Positions 1-11,080 of a DNA stretch of 56,060 nt are shown piece by piece. The notes under the pieces were generated by a model. It had not been told where the DNA came from. It searched no databases and saw only the letters and a list, made by a program, of their open reading frames with translations. This stretch comes from Halocafeteria seosinensis (lineage: Eukaryota), in assembly GCA_001687465.1 (NCBI GenBank), contig LVLI01000362.1, positions 1 to 56,060 on the forward strand. Direction: 5' to 3'. The first letter of the stretch is position 1. Every line of letters starts with the position of its first letter. Position numbers and translations under genes: made by a program.

Positions 1-296
1 TCTTCGTCCCTCTTCTCTCCTGGCTCTCGTTCCCCCTTCCCCATTGGTGTCTTCCCAACGTTCCATTCCGTCTCGTCCTTACTCACCCGTCTTGACACAG
101 CCGCTTGACTCGCTAGCAGTTCATTGCTTAATAGGATTGGGAGGATATTGTTGTTAGTTTCCTCTTGCACGTATAAGTCAATTCGTGTAGCTTGCTCTTC
201 GGCTGTTCTCGCATCCGGATTCCATCGGAGATTATCCATCTTCGTCACTGCCTCTGGTCGAGAATTGATGGACTTCGTTCTCGAAAGTCGTTCCAT
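1..296 (-). CDS. 5' part of a putative gene running off the window edge (hypothetical protein)
   Basis: ATG at 296, then an open frame MERLSRTKSINSRPEAVTKMDNLRWNPDARTAEEQATRIDLYVQEE... with no stop before base 1. No recognisable domain. Confidence 0.35.
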   Translation of the reverse strand, partial: MERLSRTKSINSRPEAVTKMDNLRWNPDARTAEEQATRIDLYVQEETNNNILPILLSNELLASQAAVSRRVSKDETEWNVGKTPMGKGEREPGEKRDE

Positions 297-532
297 CCCT
301 GCGCTGGCGTTTCCTCTCGCGCGCGCTTTGTGTCCCCTTTTGTTGTTTTTCCAAAGGGCACCCACGGGGGCAATGCATTCCTGGCAAATTAACGGCTGCC
401 GGTGGCCGTGTACCTTCATTTCTACACCACTTGTATCCGGGACGCTGCGATAGGGACAATATGTAACCGGTAGTACAAATTAAGTAAGCAATAGCAAGGC
501 TTCTTCCTTCGGTACTGCAGTACCGGAATGTT

Positions 533-589
533 GTGTATCAACAATCCCGTCCTTGCAACTTCGTGTATCAACAATCCCGTCCTTGCAAC
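533..589. repeat. 30-bp tandem duplication
   Basis: gtgtatcaacaatcccgtccttgcaac at 533 and again at 563. Confidence 0.9.
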
Positions 590-1248
590 GTTGGACACAG
601 TAAACCCCATCCTGAATAGCCTTTTTCGAAACCGAACGACGTTGTCGTTTTTTATACAAGCATCAGGATCAGGTCGAAGGCAAAAAGAAGGCTCTAAATG
701 GTGTATTTGTTAGCTATGAGCGGGCGGGATCTGGAGGAAATGTTACGCCCACCTCCGAACGCATGCAGTTCATACGTTCCCTCCTTCTATGAAGGTTATC
801 TCAGTTGATTAGAGCAGTTCAAGCTGTATGTAGATACAAATCGTTCTTTACTTCTCGCCCTTGGTTTCGTCAGGGAAGACATCGGGAGGGGGGCCCGAGG
901 CTGCGTTGTTGCGTAATACTCGCGAGTCGCAAGAACAGTGGCAGAGATTCTCAGTCTCGGAACACCCTGATTCCCTGAACCTCTCTTCAATAGGACTTTC
1001 AACAGCCAGAGATGGAGAGCAGGCTGTGGTTCTGAGAGCTTCTCCAGTTTTCTTTGGAGATGACTGTATCAACCACGGTAGAGCCAGGCTGGAGATATTC
1101 GTATAGTTCCATACATACTCCAGTTAATAGGAAACTTTTGTATTTTATCCTTGGCTAATCCTCGTCTCACTAAATCCCCTTTCTTGATTTCGTCAGGCAA
1201 GCGTGGACAAATAAATGGCTCACTGACAGAGCAACTGGCCAGCATTGT

Positions 1249-1338
1249 ACCGCTCCTCGTTTATTGCTCGTTAAGAGGAAACGGCCGACTTCCTGGCCGG
1301 TGGGCTTACCTGTCACATGTGTGTGTGTGTGTGTGTGT
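1249..1338 (+). mobile_element. Retroposon (SINE/LINE 3' end) copy A with (TG)n tail
   Basis: accgctcctcgt...gttaagagga...ggccggtgggcttacctgtcacat(gt)n is homologous to the reverse complement of 37021-37087. Flanked by cagcattgt (1240-1248) and caacattgt (1339-1347), a 9-bp TSD-like pair with one mismatch. Confidence 0.7.
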
Positions 1339-2511
1339 CAACATTGTTGATCGCCTCAATCAACGATTACCATTGAGCTGGGGCGACGGAATTATGGAGA
1401 ATTCTCCATCTAAGATGGAGAGGGGGCAGAACACTACTTTTTCTGTTCGCGAACTCAACTCTTCTCCCCTTGCTCGGACTCGAGTGCTGCCGTCGCAGGA
1501 TCATCGCGTTTCCTTGTGTCACATTCTTCACATATCGACTTGATGGTTAAAATATCTGGGTAAATATCGTCATCATCAAGACGTTTCCTATTTCTGGACA
1601 CTATAGTACATCCTGCTGCTATGGATTTATCGAAGGTGGATTGGTGTTACACCCAGCGTCCCTTTCAGAGTCCGTGTAGCTACTCTCTGCAACATCTTGT
1701 CCTGGTGTCTTTATATGTCTACACAAATCGACGAAGCTCTGCGCCCTGGATTCTTTTGTAACTGTTTCCTTCCCCTCAGAGGATGTGTCTTATTAACGGA
1801 AGTTGGCAACGCTGAGATTGAAAATGGTGAACTTCGCCCCTATCTAATAGGCCGATTCAAGAGATGATGATTAAGGAAAATTGACTTTTTGGGGTGACTC
1901 TCGGAGAAGGATGTCAAGTTGTCAACCTCATTGAAAATCACTTGGGACATCCGAGAATGAGAATGTGAACTTTTCAATTTATCGAAATTGCCGTGTTTAT
2001 AGTGGGCACATCTGATGATATATAGGTATTACTGTTTATTATGTATGGCATGTACTACATCCTAGCTCAGCGATGGACCCAAGACAGGAAACATTACCGG
2101 TACTCCGACTTCCGATTCCGAACCGTGCAAGATGCAACAGTTCTTTCGTTCCCTCCTTCCATAAAGATTATTTTAGTTAATCGCGGCAGTCCAAGCTGTA
2201 TCCAGATACATGCCGTTCTTTTCTTTTCTCGTTCTTGCTGGTTTCGTCGAGGAATAGAACCCCGAGGATTCGCAAGCTCGCCGCAATAGAACAGTCACTG
2301 AGATTCTTAGCGTGAGAGCACCCGAAACCCCTCTGCAATAAGATTTTCAGCAGCCCAACATGGAGAGCTCGTGGGATTCTGGGAGCTTTTCCATTTTCTC
2401 AAGACCATAATGTTCCACTAATCATCCAGTAAGAGCAGCGTCACCATCAGAGAACTAACGTATCTCTGTGCTACCGTGCATTTCTCCTGAAGTTTTTCAG
2501 GATCGAAGATA

Positions 2512-3804
2512 TCAGCTTATGATGCAGACTCTACTACTGTATGAGGTCCCGGAAGAGAGTCTACCCAGATAACTCTCCACAGTAGATTGGCGATTAACGG
2601 AGGCAATTGTAAGTGCGGTAAATCCATCCTGGAACAGGAATACGCATACACGGTAAATTGCATGATATCCTTGTACCTGAAATATCTCATAAACGTCTTC
2701 TATACTCACTTTATCTGTCGCGCTCAGGTTCGTAGCTGAAGTCTCCGTAAGAGCCTGAACAACGTCCTGTTCGCCCACTGCCGCAGCTTCGTGTAATGGG
2801 CTCCATCCACTCTTCTCTTGGACATTGACCAGCTCTTTGTCATACCACATCAGTGTTCGAACAATCTCATCATGTCCTTGCCTTGCTGCAAAATGAATTG
2901 CTGTCTCCCCGTTGACGTTTCTGAGAGAGCCAACATGCGGACATTGGCGCAGCAGCAGCTCCACCACTTCCGTGTGTCCCGCTTTGGCGGCCAGATGGAG
3001 CGGCGAATCGCCAACCTGCTTAGTGGGTTGAGTAAATGAGTGGCAATTTCGGGTGAACAAGCGGGTAGTTGGTCTCTTACCAGGTTTCCCTTATCTGCCT
3101 CGGCGCCATACTCTTGAAGCAACAAACGAGCAGCACCCGTAGCACCCTTGTAAGCCGCTTGATGTAAAGGCGTTTCGCCGTACTGCTTGAGGAAAGCTCA
3201 AAAGTATGTTGGATAGCCCACATCTAGCCTTGATAGTTGTAAGAGCGACGTACTACATCCGCTGCATCTACTAAGGATTTGCCCATTTCTACAAGGAATC
3301 GGAGTACATTCAGCTTGTTTGTTTGCGCAGCCAAGTGAATCGGAAGCCACCCAGACTGTAAAGCGAAATAATTTCTTTTTGATGCAAAATTAAACGATAA
3401 AAATACAGAAAATCTTATCCGAAATCGTTTTCCTTACCTCATCAGGTTGAGAAAGGTCAACCTGAAACTCTTCCATCAGAACCTTCATCATGTCCACAGG
3501 TTTCTTGCTGTGGACCGCTAAATGTGCCAAGCTGCTTCCATCCTGCTTCCGAGTTTAATATCATGAGATTTAAGGCTATGGGCACTATCATAGACCACCC
3601 ATGCAATATCCAACTTACTGAAAATGTGCACGGACGCCCGAGAGGCAGTGCACTAGAGGCTGTCGCCCTCCGCAGGGCGGATTCATCTCCCGTCTGAATG
3701 GCTTTCAACACCCTTCTCACTAGGCGATGGGGAATATCTTCCATCGACCAGGCTTCTTCCTCACTATCAGCAGTTTGGGAGTCGCTGCTGCTGGTAGGGT
3801 TCAT
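2512..3804 (-). CDS. Ankyrin-repeat protein (about 6 exons)
   Basis: Spliced reading gives repeated ankyrin motifs DGSSLAHLAV, SGWLPIHLAA, YGETPLHQAA, VGDSPLHLAA, NGETAIHFAA, SGWSPLHEAA, DGFTALTIAS. GT-AG introns (donors gtaagt, gtaagg, gtaaga, gtgagt). Confidence 0.85.
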
Positions 3805-4794
3805 CTAAACTACCTGATTTTATGCGCCGCGGCATAAAACCTAGTGCCGAAGAAAGCTTCACGGTCCTGTTAAGACTCCTTGAGAGACGCCTATTGCATG
3901 AGTCCATGCAAGATTCCCCTCCGCGAACAAGATCGAATGATTCATGAAAAGGTAAGAGGATGGAAAATTGACAAAACCAGGACGAACGAGTTGTCTGTAC
4001 CCGGACAGTGTTCCGCTAGAGCCGCGGAGCTCGCGGCGGAGCTTGCGAGCACGACAACGGACGGCCAGCCGTACTACCCCGCACAGCCTGTACCAACTCC
4101 AGAGTTTGTGGGGGTGGATCAAAGAACGAGAAAGGCGGATAAACTGTTGATTAGGTGGTGCACAGTTACCGTATCAACGGGGACGTATGACATTGAAGTG
4201 TGTCCTCTTGGTCGTCTTGCGACGTTCGGGTTGGCCACTTCGGGCTGAACCCGCTGTACAGGGAATTCCCACTATGCTCCGAAAGAGGAGAGCAGGGCAT
4301 TACCGAAAAGGAATACATCCATTAGCTCGAACTTCTATGACACTACGTGAGTAACAAAAGACGGGCTCCATCCCCTGCTCCGGCCGAAAAATGAGAGCCG
4401 GTCCGGAAGTGATGCCGAAGCGTGGAGCAGCGGAAGCTGCCCTGACCTGTATGATACATCCAGTCGACGCTACCGAACATACAAGCCCGCATAACCCTCT
4501 ATTACAGGCCGGTGTGCAAGTTTCACAATGAGAAGTGCGAAGTTTAATGTGCCCAGTTCCTCGCTGCACGGGTGGCCATCAACTTGCAACAAGGGTAGCC
4601 GATCCTCCGGGTCCACCACTGAGATTCCTTGCACCGACAGGCAAAGATTATGTATCCCCAAAACTGGCGCAACTCAAACCAACGCAGCTGAGCGTCTGTG
4701 GTTTGTCGCTTGTAAGTAACTCTTCGAGAAAACATTCAATGCTGAAGCAGATGCTGGAGCGATTCTTGGACTGTATCGAAGTTTTTTATGGGCA

Positions 4795-6354
4795 TCAAGT
4801 ACTCGACGAAATACCTGCTTGGGCATCCTCTTTTGTTTCGCTCTTACTCCCCACACTTCGTCGATGTACATCTTGAACAGACGCAGAGGGTATAGGGTTC
4901 TGTTCTTTGAATTCTGTGCTATCTAGTTCTTCTTCTTGTTTCATCAGGAGCTCCTTGGCTCTCTCATAGGCGGTCTTCATATTCTGGCGATCAGCTTCAT
5001 CTACCGTCTTCATATCAAAGAACTGACCGACAGCAACTGTTCCTATGGTGTCCACTATCATCTGCAGTTGTCAGGATTCCGAGGAAACCAGATCGTATAC
5101 CAAAAACTACGCTGCTATCCTTATTACCACTCACCTTCACCACTCCGAAAATCGCTGCGGTTACAGCAATGCTGACAATCGCTTCAAAAGCCCGAGGAGT
5201 CCCAACAAGACCAGCTGTATCAAAGGTAACAGAGATTACCTGGGAGTAACGAGCATATGCTTTGTACTCGCCATTCACCCATTTTGCGAATGACTCCCTC
5301 CCGGCTCCCGTCCAAGTGTTTTTCGGGGATACAGCGTCAATCCTCAATTCCTTTCTAAAGTCGAAAGGAGAAGAACGGCGGAAATTCTCATACTTTAGCT
5401 CCTGCAATAACCTTAAGAGTCATACAGAAAATCTTTGTAACGTGAACACGATGACAGACACGTCTTACAAGAGGAACGGATACACCTGGGATAATAGCAA
5501 GAACAATGGCAAGAACTATTGAGCGTTGTCAGTCGAGAAGTTTCAGTTAACGTAGAACGTACCTGTCATACGATACAGAGGCCATTTTCTCCCGTTCGCA
5601 GGAGGCAACCCCCCACTATTTGCATTTCTTTCATCCAAATCGATTCCTGTAAGCTTCAGCAGTTCAGATACTTGGATTCTTATGGGACTACCCTCAGGAA
5701 ATTCTCTCTTAGCACCCGTGGTTTCAGAACGTATCATAGCTTTTGTGTTCGTGCCACTTATTCCTATGGACGTAGAAAACGAGTGACTGAACGCCAATGT
5801 AAGTTTCTCTACTCCTGTAGGGGGAAGGTCGATAGTAGTTGGGACAGGAAAAAATTCGAGATACGGTAGACTTAGGCCGTTCGTTTGCACATACCTGGAG
5901 CAAACGCATTGACTGCTTTATTTTTGTCGACGTTGACTTCTGGTCGATCTTGGTAATAAGTGAGGAATTGCACGGCTTCGCTGCTCAGCATAGTAACTTC
6001 TCCAATGAATAAGTTAAAGTCGCACGTGTTGTTCCAATACTGGAAGTTCTCACTATACACGTATTCCGTGTCTGAGGAGTTGCAATACCAGGGAGCACTT
6101 CCGCGTTCCAGGAAGTCGCGATATCGGTCAACTCCCTCCACCCACGCATTGACAGAGACCTTGGGTGATTCCTTCTCCATGTATGAGTGTGAAACTATCA
6201 CCGTCCACACCAAATACGCTGCGGCTCCAAGCAAGCAGAGTTTATGCAAGAATCCCAACCGGGGATCCTCAACTTCAAGGAGCCTATCCGAGCGGTAGCT
6301 TGTGAGTTCATGCCAGGCATAGCCTGCCCATTTCCTCACGTTCAGGGCAGGCAT
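4795..6354 (-). CDS. P2X purinoceptor-family ion channel, paralogue 1 (exons 6354-5895, 5814-5563, 5485-5469, 5401-5135, 5061-4795)
   Basis: N-terminal Y-x-S/T-x-R (SYRSDR), VEDPRLGFL, TM1, post-TM1 YMEKE..SV, ectodomain GIDLD..YRMTG..YEN, pre-TM2 G-x-x-G, TM2 ending in the conserved Asp (MIVD), and a C-terminal FxxxK. Intron phases are compatible. Confidence 0.8.
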
Positions 6355-6839
6355 GGTCTTTCGTGAGTCGTTTGGCGGTCTATCTCTGCCTATGCACTCC
6401 GAATTCGCCTCTGGAAAGAGTGAGCAAGCAGGCGTTGTTCTAGGACGTGCCTTTCATACAGGTCAAAACAAGAGGCCCCGAATATCCAATACTCCCTTGA
6501 AACGAACCTACCTTGTATAGTGAGTGGAATGGGGCCAGTATTTCAAGTGTCAAAACTTGAGACAAACACTGGATATCAAGCGACGTTCTTCGGAGCTTCT
6601 TCCCCAGTGTTGGCGACCTCGGGAGCTTCACACCGGGAAGCCTACTAGCTCAGGCTGGAACTCAAGGTCTCAAGGTGCGCGAGAATCAACTCCAAAGGTC
6701 ATGGTTACAAAATAAGGCAAGTATAATTCAGGCAAAATAGGAAGATGTCACCCGATACAGTTTCTGGGACGAAGTATGCGGAAGCTGACTGGCTGCCAAA
6801 GTGTATGTATGCGCGAGATCGTCAACTAATATCACTTAC

Positions 6840-7341
6840 TTTAACCACACTGAATATCGCAGCGCTAACTACGAGGCTTACGATTGTTTCAAACGCATGA
6901 GGGATGCCAGCAGCACCAGCAGTCTCAAAGCTGACAGAAACAACTCCCGGGAATCACTTGGAGGGAGAGTATCCGCGACCTTTCCATTTCGCCCCATCCA
7001 TGCATTCTTGGGAGTGGCTACTTCAACTTTCAGTCTTACGGTAAATTAAAAGGGCTTGAAGTCCGGTAGTTCTCATGGGCTGATCCTGCGATGGTGCCCA
7101 AAGTTGCAATTGCATGGGACCGAATGGGGGATCCTATGTGACATAAATCTAGTTGCTACATACAAACTGTAGTGTGGTAATTATGCGAGTATAGTTGTAC
7201 AATTGAAACTTACCTGTCATTCTGTACAGCGTCCATTTCATGCTAGTTTCTGGAGCTCTTCCTCCGTTGTCTAAATTCCTTCGTAGAAACAGCGAGACTT
7301 CCACGTTGAAGTTGCGTTCCATTGCCTCTTACACGTGTATC
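6840..7341 (-). pseudogene. Decayed third P2X paralogue
   Basis: Remnants NGGRAPETSMKWTLYRMT(G)|gtaagt, ENYRTSSPFN (frameshift) TVRLKVEVATPKNAWMGR, and VVSVSFETAGAAGIPHAFETIVSLVVSAAIFSVVK|gtaagt match both intact copies, including donor positions, but carry a frameshift and deletions. Confidence 0.8.
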
Positions 7342-7600
7342 CTGCCACTCTCAGATGACGGGGGCTCAACCCACCTAAAGAAAACAGCATCTACATTCAT
7401 TTTCGAGCAAGCCGAAGCAAGAACGATTACATGGATGTTGCTATCTATCCAGAACGCGAACTTCACAAAACTCAATGCAGTCAAGAAGTTGTCAAAACAT
7501 TAGACCCTTGGTATAGTCCCGAACAGTGTACATTCAGCTTTTCTACTGTTGTACGACGTTTTATTTGGGGAAAATTTCTGAATGATATCTGAGTGCTGCG

Positions 7601-9202
7601 TCACTCTTCGCTTTGACTTTTATGTCGTCTTGTTGGTTTCTCGCTGTCATTGTTAGCTTCAGCAGTCTCGTGAAGAGGGTTTGCCTCTCGCAACTCAACT
7701 CCCCAATCCTCCACTTCTTTCTTTCGTTTTATTCCTTGGGCCTTACCATTTTGCTTCTCTTCATCAGACCACGGGGAGCGCTGTTGTACCATCTCCAGAT
7801 TTCGCCATTCATCATGGTCTACGGTCTTCATGTCATAAAATTCCTTCAATATGAAAAGTGCTAGAACATCCATTATGGTCTGAGAGTAACGAATAACGTT
7901 TGTTAGAAGTCTTAGTGATTAGGGAGCGTGGGCTAGCGTTGCATTGTACTTACTTTCACAACTCCGAATATTGCAGCGCTTACGCCAATATTCAAGATTG
8001 CCTCGAAAGCATCGGGCACTCCAACTTCCCCAGCTGTTCGAAAACTCACAGATACCACTTGAGGATATCGCTCAAAAGGGGCGAACCTCTCTAATTCTGG
8101 GATCCATTTAGCAAAGACACGACGGCCTCGTCCCATCCAAACGTTATCAGGAGCAGTGACAAACGCGTTCAATCGGTTTGTGAAGTCAAACGGTCTTTCA
8201 GATCTGAAATTCTCGTATACTAGTTCCTGCAAATTATAACGACAGCCTCAAGATTTATATCGAAGTGAGACCGCACAATGGTGACAAACAGTCCCACATA
8301 CCATTGGCAACGAAATACCTGCAAATGCAAGTTTTGACATCAAGACGTAAGGAGTAACGACAATCCTAACTTGCAAATACATTCTTACATACCTGTCATC
8401 CGATAAATTGGCCANTGCATNCCATCTGTCGGCGGAGCACCGCCGCTGTTGTCATTCCGATCATCGAGGGAAATGCCCGCCATATCCAATAGTTCTGATA
8501 ACTGTATCCGCACTTCTTCACCTTTCTTGAAGCTTTTCGATTTACTTCCATCCTCCGAACTAATCTTCGTTTCTACATTGGATCCCGCTACACCAATTGC
8601 AGTCGCGAAAGAGTGACTGAATACCAACTGGAGGTCTTCGATACCTGCCACCATGAGGAACCGAGAGGACGAACCCAGTAAGTCATTGCGTACATACATA
8701 ACAATGTATTGGCTTCTCACAAGCGTTTGAACTTACCTGGAATAAACGCATTGCGTCTGTATTCTCCGGCTATACTTGTTAGATTTCTGTCCTGGAAATA
8801 AGACACGAATTCTATCGAGCTGCTATCTTCGATGGTGGTCTCGCCGATGAAAATGTCATACGCGCACGTGTTGTTCAAGTACTTGAAGTTGTCGCCGTAA
8901 ATGTAGTTCGTGCTAGGATTATCACAGTACCACGGTGCATCTTCAGGATTCGCTTGGTAGCGGTGAAGCTTGTCTTCAAACTCCTGGTAGCCTTCCACCC
9001 AAGCATTCACCGAGACCGCCGGGGTTTCTGTTTTCATGTACGAGTGCGAGGACAGGATCGTGTAGACCAGATAGCATGCAGCGGCGACCAGGAAGGCCTT
9101 ATGAAGGATCCCGACTCGAGCATCCTGCACTTCCACTTGTCTCCGCGTCCTGTAGGAAATCAGCTCTTTCCAGAGGTAGCTCCAGAGCTTTCCACCCGCC
9201 AT
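7601..9202 (-). CDS. P2X purinoceptor-family ion channel, paralogue 2 (exons 9202-8737, 8644-8393, 8318-8302, 8226-7954, 7879-7601)
   Basis: SYRTRR (YxTxK/R motif), VQDARVGIL, TM1, GISLD..WPIYRMTG, YENFRS, TAGEVG, TM2 with TIMD, and FYDMK. Same intron positions as paralogue 1. Two N bases at 8415 and 8421. Confidence 0.8.
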
Positions 9203-11080
9203 CGTTGGTTCCACAGTCTTCCTTTCACGACTCCATGGACACTATAAGCTCGATGAGGAGGAGAAGAAGAAGTCACCACTGGATCCACCGACGGACTAGA
9301 AAGCACTGTATGTAGCAGCTGGAGTCGAAAGAACAGAGCTTAGCTTTGTTCTGCAGCTTCGGTACATGCACGCAGCCGGGTTGCATGCACCACACACAGT
9401 ATTACGTTCGTTTTTCTGTTCGAAGCGGCGGCGTGAGTGTCCAATATGAACCCTCTGAAATCAAATCCTTTAAAAAGACATAATGAATGGAAATAAATGG
9501 GAAGAAACAAAACCGGCATACATACCTAAAAGCTTGCGACCTCGTCTCGAAGTCGCCATGGCATGATGGGAGCCGAGCGGTAGGTCCAAATCAACCTGGG
9601 GCACATAAACTATTCCGGGCGTAAAAATCCGAGACTATATGACTGATAGTATGGTAGTCTCTGTGGAGAGTTACCTGATGGTGACCCTGGGGCTAGCGGT
9701 TTCGAGAAACGAAAGAGAGTAGTGTATGGGATTTGGAAGACTTTGACTCGGACTTCGGGGGGATAACGTGTTCTTTCGTTCTTGACAGTTGTCTTGCGTA
9801 GCAAGCCCGCACCCGAACAAAATCGAAACGGTTCTCCACAGTCATTGGCAGACTATCATCACTATGCTCTTGCGTTACCATGCCAGGCAAATAGCTCTGT
9901 CCGTCTGTTAGAGACGAATCTCGTCTCGTGGAATTCCACCAGCAAGGTCTGGAGAACAAGAAAGCGGTGAGAAAGCCCGGACCCCGAAGCTTCCAAAGTA
10001 CATCAAAGAAGCCGCATGTTAGGGAGGCGCACGCAAGTTGTCGTCATTTAATGGAGCACAAGATTTAGGACGATAGTCATGGATAAACGGGCAGGGTCTA
10101 GAGGTTGTATACCTCGTACCGGTACTGTGTACAGTACTCTACAGTATTCCCCGAGGGTCAAGTGCCACGGAGAACTTAAGGATGACAAGGCACGATGGGC
10201 ACTGTCTTCCTCAAATTCGCATATATTGAGCTAAGTAGTCTGTTTGTCGCACTTGTAGGAACATTTGAAGTGAATTATGTGCGCTATGGCAAGTGGTTGT
10301 GTCGGAAATTCTTCTACAGTGCGGACAGGGATTTTTATGAACGTTTGTTGCTTGGATTGGAATACATAAGCGGGATACTGTACCGGCGGGTTTTCATCGG
10401 AGAGATAAATCGAAGTGCAGAGTATATCGGCGGTTCTGCTATTGAAATTACTTAGTTTAGAGAACCGGCTGGTAGTAAGTGGATAGAGGATCCGCGGCTG
10501 TTGCCACAAAAGAACACTGAGAGACACGGGTGAGGGTATGGAAGCAAAGCCATTGGCACATAATACGAGAACGTCATTGCAGCACGCGTAATGAGTAACT
10601 TACTAATGACAAGTTGGTCTGGTCTGAGCGTCATCTCGTCGTGCCGTGGAATTTCAAGAATGCTTCGGCCACCGACGGCTACAGGTTGCGATATTTTACA
10701 AAACCAAAAATGCTTTGGTAAAAATCCGCGGGCCATGGTTTGTTCGTTCCCCAAACAAACGGAAGTTTCGACAATTTACTGCAGTCAAATGAGGCCACTG
10801 TCAACTTGTCAACTTCACACTGTCGCCGCATCGGTCGCACGTTTACACGAAATACTCCAGTTTAACCAGTTTGTACAGCTGCTTTGCAGGACATGTGTGG
10901 GTTGACTTACGTTGTATACACGGTGGTGTATAGGCAACCATGTAGTGGCACTCAATCGCCGTTTGGATGCCTGCAGAGTGGATGACATGGGGGAGAAGAT
11001 GAACGGCTGCTGACGTCGCAACAAGACCCAAGCTCCTCTCTTCCAAGCACATTCCTCTTCTGATTGCCCAACTATTTATC

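Noticed and set aside
8415..8421. N bases in P2X paralogue 2 as possible disrupting lesions
   Set aside because: Single ambiguous bases that keep the frame; an assembly ambiguity, although a stop at the second affected codon cannot be fully excluded.
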